A stretch of DNA of 62,765 nucleotides, counting the filler, from Sphacelaria rigidula (taxonomy: Eukaryota), in assembly GCA_964200075.2 (NCBI GenBank). It is 11 parts of 11 records of this genome, joined end to end, with 100 filler letters (N's around TTAATTAATTAA, not from the genome) between each part and the next. Parts side by side here need not be neighbours in the genome. Positions count along the whole stretch, not along the records: positions 11,432 to 17,046 come from CAXNAA020025835.1; positions 17,147 to 22,761 come from CAXNAA020025836.1; positions 22,862 to 28,476 come from CAXNAA020025837.1; 8 more parts are not named here. One strand, written 5' to 3'. The notes beneath the pieces are model-generated. The model was not told the DNA's origin and ran no database searches. It was given only the letters and a program-made list of their open reading frames with translations. The translations under genes were made by a program, and so were the position numbers. Positions 12,913 to 24,618 of this stretch are shown in pieces (position 1 is the first letter of the stretch; each line of letters begins with the position of its first letter).

Positions 12913-14885
12913 TTTTTTTGGGGGGGGGGGGGGGGACGGACTCGTTTTTTCTTTTCTGTTTTTTTGGGGGTGTTTTTTACCNNNNNNNNNNCCACCCGCC
13001 CCCCGTCGCAACTTTTAATTCTTTGGGGGTGGGAGGCAAGCAACGGATTATGATTTACCGTTTCGGTTTGTTGGTGCTTTTCTCAACCGTCAAAAAGGCG
13101 GTTTTCGCTTCCGGCTTTAATTTTGAGGAAAAGCTCATGTGCGACTTCGTCGCCAAGCAGTCAGTCACCGTGGTCGATCCACACTCCACACCTCCTGAGA
13201 CCTATCCGCGGTCGCGAGCCAGAGCCCAGCTCGACGCAGGCCAACAACCCACGGGTGAGAAGGGCCAAAGCGAGGGTCCGGAGGGCATGGTAGACGCGAG
13301 ATTAGGCCGGTACTGCTCAGAAACGCTTACTGCCGAACGCTGGCGAGCATTTGGGAGTGTCATCCCACAAATATCCGAATCTTAGCGCTGCACAGTGTGC
13401 AAATGGAACATTCTAACGGTGAGCGGGGGTTGCCTCGCCCGATGGGTAACAGGCAGAGAACTCGGGTGGACTTGAGCTTTTTGGTAAGGAATACGAATAT
13501 GCAAATTTGTTGCCGGTGATTAGTTGAGCACCGTAGATCATTAACTATCTGTCGCTGTGTGGCACGTATTCGTTGAAATTAGTTCGCAGCTGTGATTTGC
13601 GCCGCTAAAAATGATGACTTCTTGGATGTGACGAACACGGGATTATAATAGATGCGCCAACGACCTGGCATCATTTAAGCTACTACGGAGTAGTTATGTA
13701 TTTTGGCAATCATGCGTCACCGAATATTATTCAGTGCTAGGCAGAAGACGATGATACAGGCTACCCCCGCTAAAAGATGGTAGGAGTTAAGACAGGAACA
13801 CAAAATGAATATCCACGTCCGGTGGATATCTATCTATCGGTTCTCTCACTCGAGGCCGACTATGTCGGGGCAGGGAGTAAGCTCAAAACCCAAGTAGTGA
13901 AGGTGTGAGTTCGTCGTCAAACATTCGAAATTGAGGGTGGGATACGCGTTGAGAGCACCTTTCTGAAGTCGGAGCGAGGACGTACAACATTTCCAAGACG
14001 CTGGTACTTGCCGACCGCGAGTCAGATGGATTGGACTGATGTGGTGATCTGCCAAAAAGACAGTCATGTGGTCGAGTTTTTGGACATACCTGACTACCTC
14101 GCCGCGATACATCGAGAAAGGATGTACAAGAATATGAGTCCACTCAGCGAGTCAGTTATTTGCGTTCGGATCACTCCTGCCAATGCAACTGTTTTCAGAG
14201 GCCTCTTACCGCTGGTGTGGTGACTTTCGTAATATTTTAAGTATTTCTCCAAGGTCTGAAACGGGGGCGGGGTAGGGATATGCACCAACCGAGAGCTGTA
14301 CCACCTCCTGTTCTTTTCGTTAATCAGAGGACGCTTCCAGCAAACATGACATGGCTGAACCAAGTGTCCAAAGGCGTCACAAATGCCACATCTACGTGTC
14401 GAAGTGGACCAGATGGTCTAGAGTTGTATTCGAGTAGCTGATATTTCAGCATTCAGCTGCAGCAGCTACCTTTCCCTGTCTGTCATCTTGCCACCTTCTA
14501 GACTCGATATATCGCAACCGGCGACAAAATTTCGAAGTCAGCTCCGCATCGTTCGAAACTCGCGTCATCCTCCGGAGTTTTGTCTCCTCGCAGCTGACTG
14601 CTTCTACAGTTTTGTTCAACACGCGACCCGTGGGAAACGTTGTATTTCTTGCCATTTCTACCCCACGTGGATGCGGCAGTTTCGGCCTCTGCACACCGCC
14701 GGGTGCTGCTTCTGCCTCGCACTACTGCGGCAGTAGATCCGTACAAATTAACATGCCTTCGTTCTTCTCGCCGCTTCTTCTGTTGAACGGGTTCGTCGTA
14801 CCGGCCTTGGACCGGGCTCCGAACCTAAGCCCTAACGCTCAACCACGACAATTCCAACTTCCTCGAAACGGCCGGCTTCTCGCAG

Positions 14886-15129
14886 AGAAAAGACGGGGCC
14901 AAAAGAAGCAGACTTGCAGCAGCGCGACAACGGCAGTCAGTCTAGAGCTGTACAAGACCATGAGGCGGAAAGCGATGGAGAGGGGGGAATCAGGAGACCA
15001 TCCCAGAGGACGCGGCGGCTCAACCTGGACGATGTTGGTGTTGGCGGCGGGGATGGTACGGGGGGGGGTGAGGGAAGGTTCAGCACGCCTGCTACTTTGG
15101 AAGAGACGTACACCGTTTGTGATTCTCAG
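14886..15129 (+). CDS. DDX51: DDX51/Dbp6 next exon (inter-domain linker)
   Basis: Acceptor CTTCTCGCAG ending 14885; donor GTGAGA at 15130. The phase-2 junction with the previous exon rebuilds AG|A (Arg). Ends GRFSTPATLEETYTVCDSQ, the '.P..L.E....C' segment that precedes 'KPL' in Dbp6-family helicases. Confidence 0.8.
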
Positions 15130-15410
15130 GTGAGAGGGGAGAGGGTGTACTCTCATGATACTGCATGCCGTAGTCATGTGACCATTGACCTCGCATCCCT
15201 ACAAAGCTGGGACGGAGCACGCTGGGTTCTCGCCGGACCAGTGTGGTTGTCCTGTGCGGGGCTCGTCTGAATCGCCGTGCGCTGTTCACCTCATGTTCTT
15301 GAGCCCTACGCGTCTTGGCGGACTTTTGGAACATGGCAACTTTTGAATTTCTTTCGGTACGGTGTGCAAGCTATATACATGGTTTGTGAATATTAGGCTG
15401 CAGCTCATAT

Positions 15411-15657
15411 CGGTCGCCCCGGTGGCTCAGTTAGTAAGCTCGGAAACTTGTGATGGTTGGGTCGTGGGTTCGAATCTCGGAGCGATCTGGGATTTTTTTC
15501 TCATGCCCAACAGTGGAGATCGACTCTGTCGTGGGTACACAACATTCGACCTCATGGTCGACGAGAGAAAGGGACTGCTGAACCCCTCTTGCGATAAAAA
15601 AATGAAGGCAAGCACCGCAGAAGGAAGGTGCAGTACTAAAAACAGAACAAAAAAAAG
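15411..15657 (+). mobile_element. tRNA-derived SINE (near full-length)
   Basis: Pol III A box (TGGCTCAGTTAG) and B box (GGTTCGAATC) in a tRNA-like head, a body shared with the copy at 17147-17320, and an A-rich tail. Confidence 0.8.
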
Positions 15658-16911
15658 GAACTCCTGTGTTAGTCCTCCTCCTATGTGACCCCGGCTGGTG
15701 CGCCCACATATACCGAAAGGTGTGGACCGGCTTGCAGAATAAAAGGGACGGCGGCACACACACAACACAGTTCATGGGTGAAAGTATACCTCAGAGTACG
15801 AGGGAGAACACGCCCTGTTGGAGCGACTGAGCCTCGATTTTCTGGACGACTTCCGCGCTAGAACTGGGGGCGTTGGAGACGAATCGAAATCTATCTACTC
15901 TTGAGATGTTCTGACAGTATAGATTCTACCTGGTTTTGAATATCATGTTTGAAACAATATCGCCGGTAGGATATTTTCTGGCGTAGGTTACAGCACTGAA
16001 ATAATCCACGAGAAGTAAGGAATCTGATCACACCCGAAGCAAATACTAGTAATAAATGCAGTAATAAACCTGATACTACATGTGACCCTCGGACAGATCC
16101 GTATTGTGCCATGTCAACGTAGGTTTCATCTCTGTATACACATATTTTCGTATATCCGGATACCCAGTGCGCCTGATTCATCGTAGGTCTGTGCTCACCT
16201 GCTCAGCAATGATTGCATTCAATCTGTGTTGGTGTATTGTCGGAACCCTGTTTTTTGTTCAGCAACCCCTGCTACTTCACTCTGGAAGAGGCCTACACTG
16301 CGTACAGGCTTCCTATTGTACTTGGATATGTCATTTTCTAGCCACAGTGCGGTCGGGTTGCGAGACCGGCAGGAGGGCACTAAGGCGGGACCCCTATGGA
16401 CAAGTTCCAATAGTGTATGTCCCTTGAAAATATCACGCGGACGGGTCGAAGTTATTACAGGAGATTGCAACCTCACTGTGGTGTGATTGAGGGTACACAC
16501 ATGCAAGGAGATCTCGTTATTGTTGGAATGCGACTCTGGTCGCTTGTCTTGTAACAAGCTTGGTGGTTATGTTCACGCGAATACGAGGGCTTGGTGAGCG
16601 TGCGCCGGCCTCCCTGGAAGAAGGGTGGCTGCAAGGGTACGGTAGGCTGGGGTATGTCAGAGGGTAGCTTGTTCCGCCGACTCCGGAAAATGGCGTACGA
16701 TAATGTTGTATTCGTGCATGACAAGCCTCACGATTGCCATGCACATCATTGACGTAATTTATTGTTTTCCATCGGACCGTTTGTTTTTCATGTGTTGTTC
16801 TCTTTTTCGTATCTTGACGCTTTCTGCTTATTTTATTAAGCTTTTGTTTCGACTTGGGGAAAAGAAAACCCGGTCTGTTCCTTCTTCTCTCCTCCCCCCT
16901 GTCGCTGGTTA

Positions 16912-17046
16912 GCACCCATGAGACAATGTAAAAGCCGTGGCTGTCTCTGGAAGTGGCGTTACCACAAAACAAAGCAACTCATTGTTGGTTGTCATCCAAA
17001 TGCAAGATTATCAGTAGGCTTCGGGCCAAACGATCTTAGCAGGATG
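16912..17046. repeat. Dispersed repeat (probable non-LTR 3' region); second copy at 51182-51336
   Basis: CACCCATGA...GGCTGTCTCTG.AAGTGGCG.TACCACA...AAAGCAACTCATTG...GTCATCCAAATG.AAGAT.ATCAGT...ATCTTAGCAGGATG is shared. Both copies are at contig ends. Confidence 0.8.
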
Positions 17047-17146
17047 NNNNNNNNNNNNNNNNNNNNNNNNNNNNNNNNNNNNNNNNNNNNTTAATTAATT
17101 AANNNNNNNNNNNNNNNNNNNNNNNNNNNNNNNNNNNNNNNNNNNN

Positions 17147-17320
17147 GTCCCTTTCCCTCGTCGGCCGTCAAGTCGTATTTTGTGTACCCACGACATAGTC
17201 GCTCTCCACTGTTGAGCATGGTGTAAGAAAAAATCCGAGATCACTCCGGGAATCGAACCCCACAACTCAACCATCAATCAGAAGGTTACGAGGTTACCAA
17301 CTGAGCCACCGGGGCGACCG
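17147..17320 (-). mobile_element. tRNA-derived SINE, same family as 15411 (3'-truncated by contig end)
   Basis: Minus strand reads GGTCGCCCCGGTGGCTCAGTTGGTAACCTCGTAACCTTCTGA...GGTTCGATTCCCGGAGTGATC, then the shared body CAACAGTGGAGA.CGACT.TGTCGTGGGTACACAA. Confidence 0.82.
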
Positions 17321-17669
17321 GCAAGCACTGGGCCATGCTATATTATGTAGAACGCAATATATTGTTGCGCTGTGAGGAGTCCTGGTGTGCAGCGAGAACG
17401 GTTTGTGTACAACAGTTGCATCATTCGGCGACGTTGTACGGTGACAATCGCGGGGTTCAGGCTCTCGATCCCAACCCAAGAGCTGACTGTCTTCTTCACA
17501 AAGTATATATGCAAGTGACAGGACCCTCAAGGACTCAACAACCGAGTAGCACCGCCATCGATCACACACCCAGCGTAGAACAATGATGACAACCGCAACC
17601 GTTCACGTATGTGATGAAGTACATAGTATTGTATCTCTCGAAGGTACACCATAATCCCGCATTTCACCC

Positions 17670-20000
17670 GTCTGCCGTAGACCGCAAGGAAGGGTAGCCC
17701 ATCTGGATCATGATACATGAACGTATACTTTTGCAAGTAAAATTGATGCCGATTCAACAGATAGCCTGCAGTACTCTCGCCATCTAAGGGTTAGCCCTTG
17801 AGCCGCGAGGGTAGGTCACCCGCTGAATCGGCATCAATATTCGCTCAAAAAAAGTATGCGTGATCCAGATGGACTACCCGAGGGTAGGTCACCTGCTGAA
17901 TCAGGATCAATTTCACTTGAACACGTACGCGTGGTCCGGATGGACTACCCGCATCGCGTTCTAAGGATTAGCGAAGCGTGTGGAAACTGTCAACTCTTGT
18001 CACTGTACTTTCAACTGTGTAATACTGTGCGATGTGTTCTGGATTTTCCATTCGTTGAGATGTATGATAGCCGTTCCTCAACCTCGATGTTTCCGGTAAA
18101 GAAATAATTTCCTGTCAAACAAAGCGGTAACAACCCCGAGTTGAGATTCCTCTTCAGTTCTGAATTCCTAACGAGTAAATAGAAGAACGCGTTATTGGTC
18201 CCGAATCCCCCCCCTGCAGCCAACAACAGTGACCACGCTTTGCTAGATGATTCGAGTCAGATTTCGATTTTTTCACACTCCTCCTCCAGAACCGACAGGG
18301 TATCTGGGGGTGCGGGATTAGGGTATTCAATATTCCGCTCCGAGCTTGTTTTGTGACACACGATGTACACTATACAAATTGACCCGACAAACGTTATCAT
18401 GCTAAAACAAGTGTCTACGTACAATCTGCAACTCCAAAGCCCCCTTTCGTGCGACAGTACTAGCAGGGATCATTAAACTCATTGCTTGCGAGCGTGTTCC
18501 AGTTGTGAATGAGTCACATGCGACGTTGATGGGGGGCGGATGTTTGGTTCCACGAAAGAGCAGAGGGCTCGCGGGTGTGTCAGACGATCTAATGCACTCC
18601 CCGTATACTTGTACTCTCGGGTAAAACCAGTGCCACGCAGTATGGATGAGAATTGCTTTTATCGGTATGAAGCCCACCTGAACAACCGTTGCTACTTTCA
18701 GTGACCATTTGCAGTGGAAGTTCATGGACGAAATGGTCCAAATTACCCCTCCCTCTCTCCTGGCATGACTCCAATTGGCATCACCATCAGTTGACAAAGG
18801 AATGACAACGATGCCGATTCACCAATGTACCACCGCAAAAAACAACGTTTTCGTGAGATTAAGAGTAAAGTGTTGATCGAATGTGGGTCTTCTTTTCTTT
18901 TTTGTCCCTAAAGGACAGGAAGGAATCTTAAACCTTAGACCGCGAGATTAGTCTCTTGGAGTCATGCATACTTTTTTCACATGAAATTCATGCCGATTCC
19001 ACAGAAGACTAACCTCCTCGCGGTCCAAGGGTTAAACCATACACTTCGCTATTTCTAGTTTCGTGCAGCGCTTCGAATCGCTCCACCCGTCAGACATGTC
19101 CCCTGGCTCGACTCTGTATACGAGTCACCCTACCCATCCGGGCGTCGGTCGAGAGTGGGTCTTATCATTCGCTTGAACCCTTACACCGCGGTGCGGCTAG
19201 TCCATCTGAGTTAACCTGTGGACCGGGAGGGTAGATCACCTGCTGAATTGGTATCAATATCAGACTGCGAACGAAAGTAGTCCATCTCAACTATGCATAC
19301 TTCATCAACTGAAATTGATGCCGATTCAATCGATGACCTACTCTCGCTGTCCAAAGGTAAACTTGACCACTTTATATTATTTTTTCGCTTTTCTTTGCTT
19401 CTAACACTGGCGTGTGTCTACAGCTAAACACGGCCATATCCTACTCAGGGATATCAAGGGCATCAATGGCAAGCTACTACAGAAAGCGTGTCGGTCCACG
19501 AGGAGGGTAATTTCGGAACTGAAACGATTTATTCATTTATTCGTCACTTCTCACTTTCGAATGTTTCCTCTATTCTCAATCTCACGAATTATTCACTGTT
19601 GAGGGTAATTCGTGCTGGGTCACCAGTGCGTCCGAGCAACCGTTGCTACTTTCAACGACGATTTTCTGTGAAGTTTCGTGAAAGAAATGGCCCAAAATAC
19701 CTCCCCCTCTCTCCTGGCATGACTACTCGAATCGGCATCACGGTCACTTGACAAATTGATACAAATGATGCCGATTCACAAGTGTACCACCGCTCGTAGT
19801 CAAACGGTAAAAACCGTACGACCGGAAGGGTAGTTCACAAGTAAACTGTATGCCATTTCAAGACCTACCGAGGCGGTCGAAGGGTTAATCCTTTGACCGC
19901 GAGGGTAGGCGATCTGTTGAATCGACATCCTTTACACCTGAAAAGTTATATAAATCATGCCGATTCAACGGATTGCCTACCCTTGATGTCACAGGGTTAA
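17670..20000. mobile_element. Cluster of piggyBac-like MITEs (TTAA target, CCCTT.GACCGCG termini)
   Basis: Clear units at 18932-19031 and 19889-19996, each flanked by TTAA on both sides. Further degenerate or abutting copies at ~17680-17970, ~19175-19360 and ~19810-19884 share GGGTAGGTCACCTGCTGAATCGGCATC. Confidence 0.75.
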
Positions 20001-20676
20001 GTGCCTCCTTCGCGCCGCAGTCACTAGCGCGGTGCACGACGAGCCACTTTGCATTCCCACCCGGCCCTGCCTCACTTTTTATGGCCAACACAGGTAAAGT
20101 GGATCGTCGTGACCGACCCTCTTACCGCACGAGAGTGAACGCGAATCGCCGTCTTATTGGTGCGACTTGCTTGTTGTGCTACAAATCAGGCGCGGGTTAC
20201 CCCGTGTACTGTGCATTTGTGTGTGATGCTCTCGTAATTGGCGAAGCTTCATGCAGCTCGTGGCACCAATGTTGTGAATGTGGCCCTCGAAATATCTTTG
20301 CAAGGAAAAACATCGACATGCAAGAAAGGCAAAGTCTTGGGGGCAGGGTTTCCTTCGAAATTTCACCCGTCCATCTCCTCTTATTGTTTTGCAAAGTAGT
20401 TCAGGGTGGATGAATGAGATGGGTATATCTGGAGAAGGAGTTGGAAACGCGGGGAACAGTGAGGGATGAACGCACAAAGGGGTATACTGAACTTTTGAGA
20501 CAAGTATATGGTCCACCCCCCCTTCTGTTCGTTCCACGGTCGACCAATTATACTACCACATCCCCCGGAGACTGCCACTGTTATCCTCCGCGTTGACCAT
20601 CCTCCCACCTTGTACACGTATTTATCTGCGAACAGCTCACTTGATCGCCCCGACTCACCACGAACGCCGCATCGAA

Positions 20677-20787
20677 ATGAAGTCCGCTGTGAAAAGCACC
20701 TGCTCTACCGTGTTGTGCGCTACGCTACTGCTGGCTGTGGGCCCCTCACGCGCCCAGGAGAACTGCACCAACTACGATGAGGACGAG
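20677..20787 (+). CDS. First coding exon of a secreted or membrane protein (signal peptide), function unknown
   Basis: ATG at 20677 gives MKSAVKSTCSTVLCATLLLAVGPSRA-QENCTNYDEDE (basic N-terminus, hydrophobic core, S-R-A cleavage site), then canonical donor GTGAGT at 20788. Confidence 0.7.
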
Positions 20788-21142
20788 GTGAGTGCGGAAG
20801 TTGAGTCGTGTAATCAGGGCTAATCAGAAGCCCCCCGAAACGCGGACCAGGAGTCACCCTTTAATTGTTTCGGAGATCTCAGTACGGGCAAAGCTTGAGC
20901 GGGTATTTAGAGGGTTGTATAATCTCGATATCATACAAGCGGGGTGGGCCGGCGAAGGCTGTCTGTCGCCACAGTCCACAGGCCACGCGCGACTCAATTT
21001 TTCACATTTTGAGGGTGAATGTTTGACACCAGGGAGGGGAAAACACATAGGCCTACCGTGCTTCCGCTCTCCCATTCATTTTTAATACCCCAACGTCGGG
21101 TGGTTCAATTGTTTTGTGCTACTTTCAAATGTCATGGAGTGA

Positions 21143-21335
21143 GGCCGTGTCTTATCAAATTGTTTTCGACTCGAAAAACGTACGGTGGAATCGAACTTGC
21201 TCGTACCTGATACGTCTACGGCACACATGGTTTCAACCATCTGAGAAAATGAATAGCATGGACGAATCAGAAACGAGCGAATTCGACTCGACCGCACATT
21301 TTTGACACGAAAACAATTTGATAAGACACGCGGCC
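21143..21335. mobile_element. Tourist/PIF-Harbinger-like MITE (193 bp)
   Basis: Long imperfect TIRs starting GGCCG(CG)TGTCTTATCAAATTGTTTTCG. 3-bp direct repeat TGA at 21140-21142 and 21336-21338. Confidence 0.72.
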
Positions 21336-21516
21336 TGAGAGGAAGAAAATAACAGAGTTAGACAAGAGTGACGGGGTAGGTCTGAGCGCAGGTTCTCCGG
21401 TGGTGGAGGTTATACTCGGAGATTAAAAACGTTGAGCCGCGCGACGTTTCCTCAGTGCTTTCGTGTTGAATCGTGCCCCGGTGATCTAATAACCATGTAG
21501 ACACGAGTCGGGTTAA

Positions 21517-21702
21517 CCCTTAGACCGCAATGGACACTTTCTACGATAGCCCCCCCAAAAACTATCCCCGAAGTGTCACAAAACAGATAGCTAGGGCTAT
21601 CGTAAAAAGTGTCAATGCGGGTAGCCCATCTGGATCACCTATACCTTTGTCAAGTGAAATAGATGCCGACTCGGCAGGTGTCCTACCCTCGCGGTCAAAG
21701 GG
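21517..21702. mobile_element. piggyBac-like MITE
   Basis: TTAA|CCCTTAGACCGC ... GCGGTCAAAGGG|TCAA. Same family as 18932-19031. Confidence 0.7.
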
Positions 21703-24552
21703 TCAAGAGAGTGTGGGTTCGAATTCCGCCCCATGAACGTTTTTTCTATCTGGATGTTTGATTTCCTCCGTCGAAAGCGCGAGGAGATCAAGAGATATGA
21801 CGTGATCCCTAGCGACCACGATCTCGTCCCAGGGAATAAGGGTTTTGATCGTCACAAAAAAAAACGTGCGCCGATAAAAATATGTTGTGTATCGTACTTT
21901 CCGTACTACACGTAAAACTCCCGTGATCGCCATGCCTCCTTTCGATAGAAAAATATTTCTGCGGGGTCTTTCTGGTGCCGAACTCGGCACAGCACAGTCA
22001 CGTGAGTTGCAACTAGAAATGGTACACTGCAGAGGATGATGCGGGCGACTTTTCCCCGCACGACGAAAGCTTTGATGAGACGATAATTTTCGCATTGTAA
22101 GATTATTCCGAAATGAGGTGCGGCATTAAAGGGGGTGCTACGTTAGTACAGAAAGTAGAACGCTTCTGGTGGGAGTGTGGGACTCGTGCTTGCGGATACC
22201 GCCGAGCCAGCGGGTATCCTCACGCTGCTCAGACATCAAGATATTACAAGATGTCTTAGCTATCGCACATGGCAAAATCGGCAGCTCATTCCTCATGGCG
22301 AACATTGGGACACGTGCCGAACATAACCTAGTACATTATCGGCTCACCAGCCATTTTCCTCCCACCTTGAACTTCGACTCCTCGGGGTGAGTCCGCGATC
22401 CCAACAGATCAACCCGTCTCTCTTCACGTCCTCACGTTTTGACGATGGAAATCATACATTTCGAAGGATAGGGGCGGGGGGGTGGGGGGGAGGAAACGCA
22501 TCTGGCAGGAGTCGAACCCATAGTCTTGCACCCTGGTGGTGGCAGTGGACCATTGCATCAAGGTTTCGCCCTGTGCTTCACCCATTACACATTTGACACA
22601 TGTTTCCTTGTGTGAACACCTTCAAGTACACTGAGAGCTGTCAGAGCATACTCATGGTGATCATCCGATCACAAAGACATGTAACGACAATTTGTGCGAA
22701 TGACGGTTTCGGTCAGCGCTGTAAGCTCACAGAGTCGGTGAATTGCGCTGGAAAAGTATCTNNNNNNNNNNNNNNNNNNNNNNNNNNNNNNNNNNNNNNN
22801 NNNNNTTAATTAATTAANNNNNNNNNNNNNNNNNNNNNNNNNNNNNNNNNNNNNNNNNNNNACAAAAGTTTTTTTTTTTTTACACATAAGTTAGGGGCAT
22901 ATTACCAATATATAAAAACGAATAATTAACATAAAAAAAAAAAAAAAAAAAAACTTGTGTACGCCAGTAACTTTTCTTATTATGCCCTACTCATTTTCCA
23001 TACCAAGTTTCAGGGTCCAACTCCAAGTACTGGCCTTATAGTATGCCGTTTAGTGACAGGGTCAGAAGAAATTCAGAACAGTATTTTGCAGGCCATTCAC
23101 CGGCCCACGTTTGGTGTTCGTGTATTGAAATCTCGTGTGGGCGCTTTCTGAGGTATAATTAACAAATGAAAGTGGGTCAGGTTATTTTTTTTCAATTTTT
23201 CCCAGTGCTTTGGGGCGTTTTACTATGGTAAAGACCATATTTCACGAGAACGCCCTAACCTCTCCGAAAAAAAAAAATGGAAGGCCCATTTATTTTATTT
23301 TATTCGGCACTCTTTTGTGGTTCTCCACACCATAACGCTAAATGCATCGATCGGGAGTTTCATAGAGATTTTAGTATTGGCGCTATTTCCCGTAGGTACA
23401 GGAATTACTAGACATGGGGTTGAATCAACGAGAAAATATGGGCCCAAACTTTAGATGGGCACCTTCCCCTTGATTAGACGATTAATACGATATGCGGATC
23501 ACGGCCCAACTCGTCTGTGTTGATGAGATATTGCTTTTGGAGCTTAAATCCGTGTTTAGGCTGGCCCAGCTCGTACCGCTGTACGGGATTGTAGCTGTAC
23601 AACGCTGATACCGCAACGGATTGCGCCCTCCGGACAGTACAGAACGGTACGGTAGCACGGTGCAGTAGTACAGTACATGGTCTTGATTGCTCCGACTGAT
23701 CGACGGTGTCAGACCCTGTAAGATACAACACCTGACTGTACCTGGTCTGGTCTATACCTGTTGTGTTTATGTGTGATCCCTGACATTACTCTACGAAGTC
23801 CGTGTGTGCGCGCCAAATCGCAATATAGCTCATGCAGGGAGGGCTGCGTCCCGTACTCAAAATGCCGCGTGTAATGTATTTGCTTGTACAGACTTTCATC
23901 CCGCCCCACAAGGTCAAGGCGCGCCCTCAACAAGGGTAGACTACATGAATGGAAGTGTACTGCGTACAGTGCAGGACCGGAAAAAACTGTTTCTCCGGTA
24001 CGCCGTACACTTTTTTTCCGATGTAGGCTGTTGGCCAGGGTGTCTCGTTTTTCAAGGCCGTGACCTCGGGAGTTGCTCAAGTCTCCTTATCTTGCCAACG
24101 TCCGTCACGCGTGACTAAATTTTTCTAGTGAGAACCTGAAATTTGGACACGTGCTTTGCAAGGTACTCACCGAGAGAGACACATCGCGAGCCTATCTCTG
24201 TGTTTCCCCCCCTTTTTTATTTTGCCGAGGCACGACGTTCCCAATTCGACCGACGCATCGCTAGCCTATCCCCGTTCTTCTTTTCGCCGAGATATGGCCA
24301 TCTCAGTCCTCCTCCCGCTCACACTGTGTCGGATGATGACCTTGCAAATCGTGTTTAGTTTAAGATCCCATCTCGGAAAATTGAGTCCCGTGTGGCAGAG
24401 TTCCTCATCTGACAACTGGGGGACGGGGAATTCGCCAAATCGCTACGCTCGGCTCCATTTTGAAGGTTGGGGCCTCAAAATTGACACGCGATTAGAAATG
24501 TGCTCACCGATATATTGTAATTGGTCTTCTCCCCCCCTTTCGAGACGGAGAT

Positions 24553-24618
24553 TGCTCCGTCTCGAAAGGGATGCGTGGTCAATGATCGAACGACTAAGGT
24601 AAGCAACAAGTGAGTACG
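24553..24618 (+). mobile_element. ~70-bp non-LTR retroposon family; copies also at ~12186-12250 (+), ~28402-28468 (+), ~28589-28660 (-), 47118-47184 (-), 61368-61439 (-)
   Basis: Consensus GTGCTCCGTCTCGAAAGGGATGCGTGGTCAATGGTCAAACGACTAAGGCAAGCAACAAATGAGTACG occurs in five contigs, always followed by a C-run. Confidence 0.85.

Noticed and set aside
12616..13385. Poly-Pro/Gly/Ala ORFs
   Set aside because: They are products of homopolymer and triplet repeats plus an N-gap within the DDX51 intron.
15411..15490. Functional tRNA gene (A and B boxes present)
   Set aside because: The cloverleaf is imperfect, the anticodon region differs among copies (GTG vs TCT), and a shared non-tRNA body follows, so it is a SINE head.
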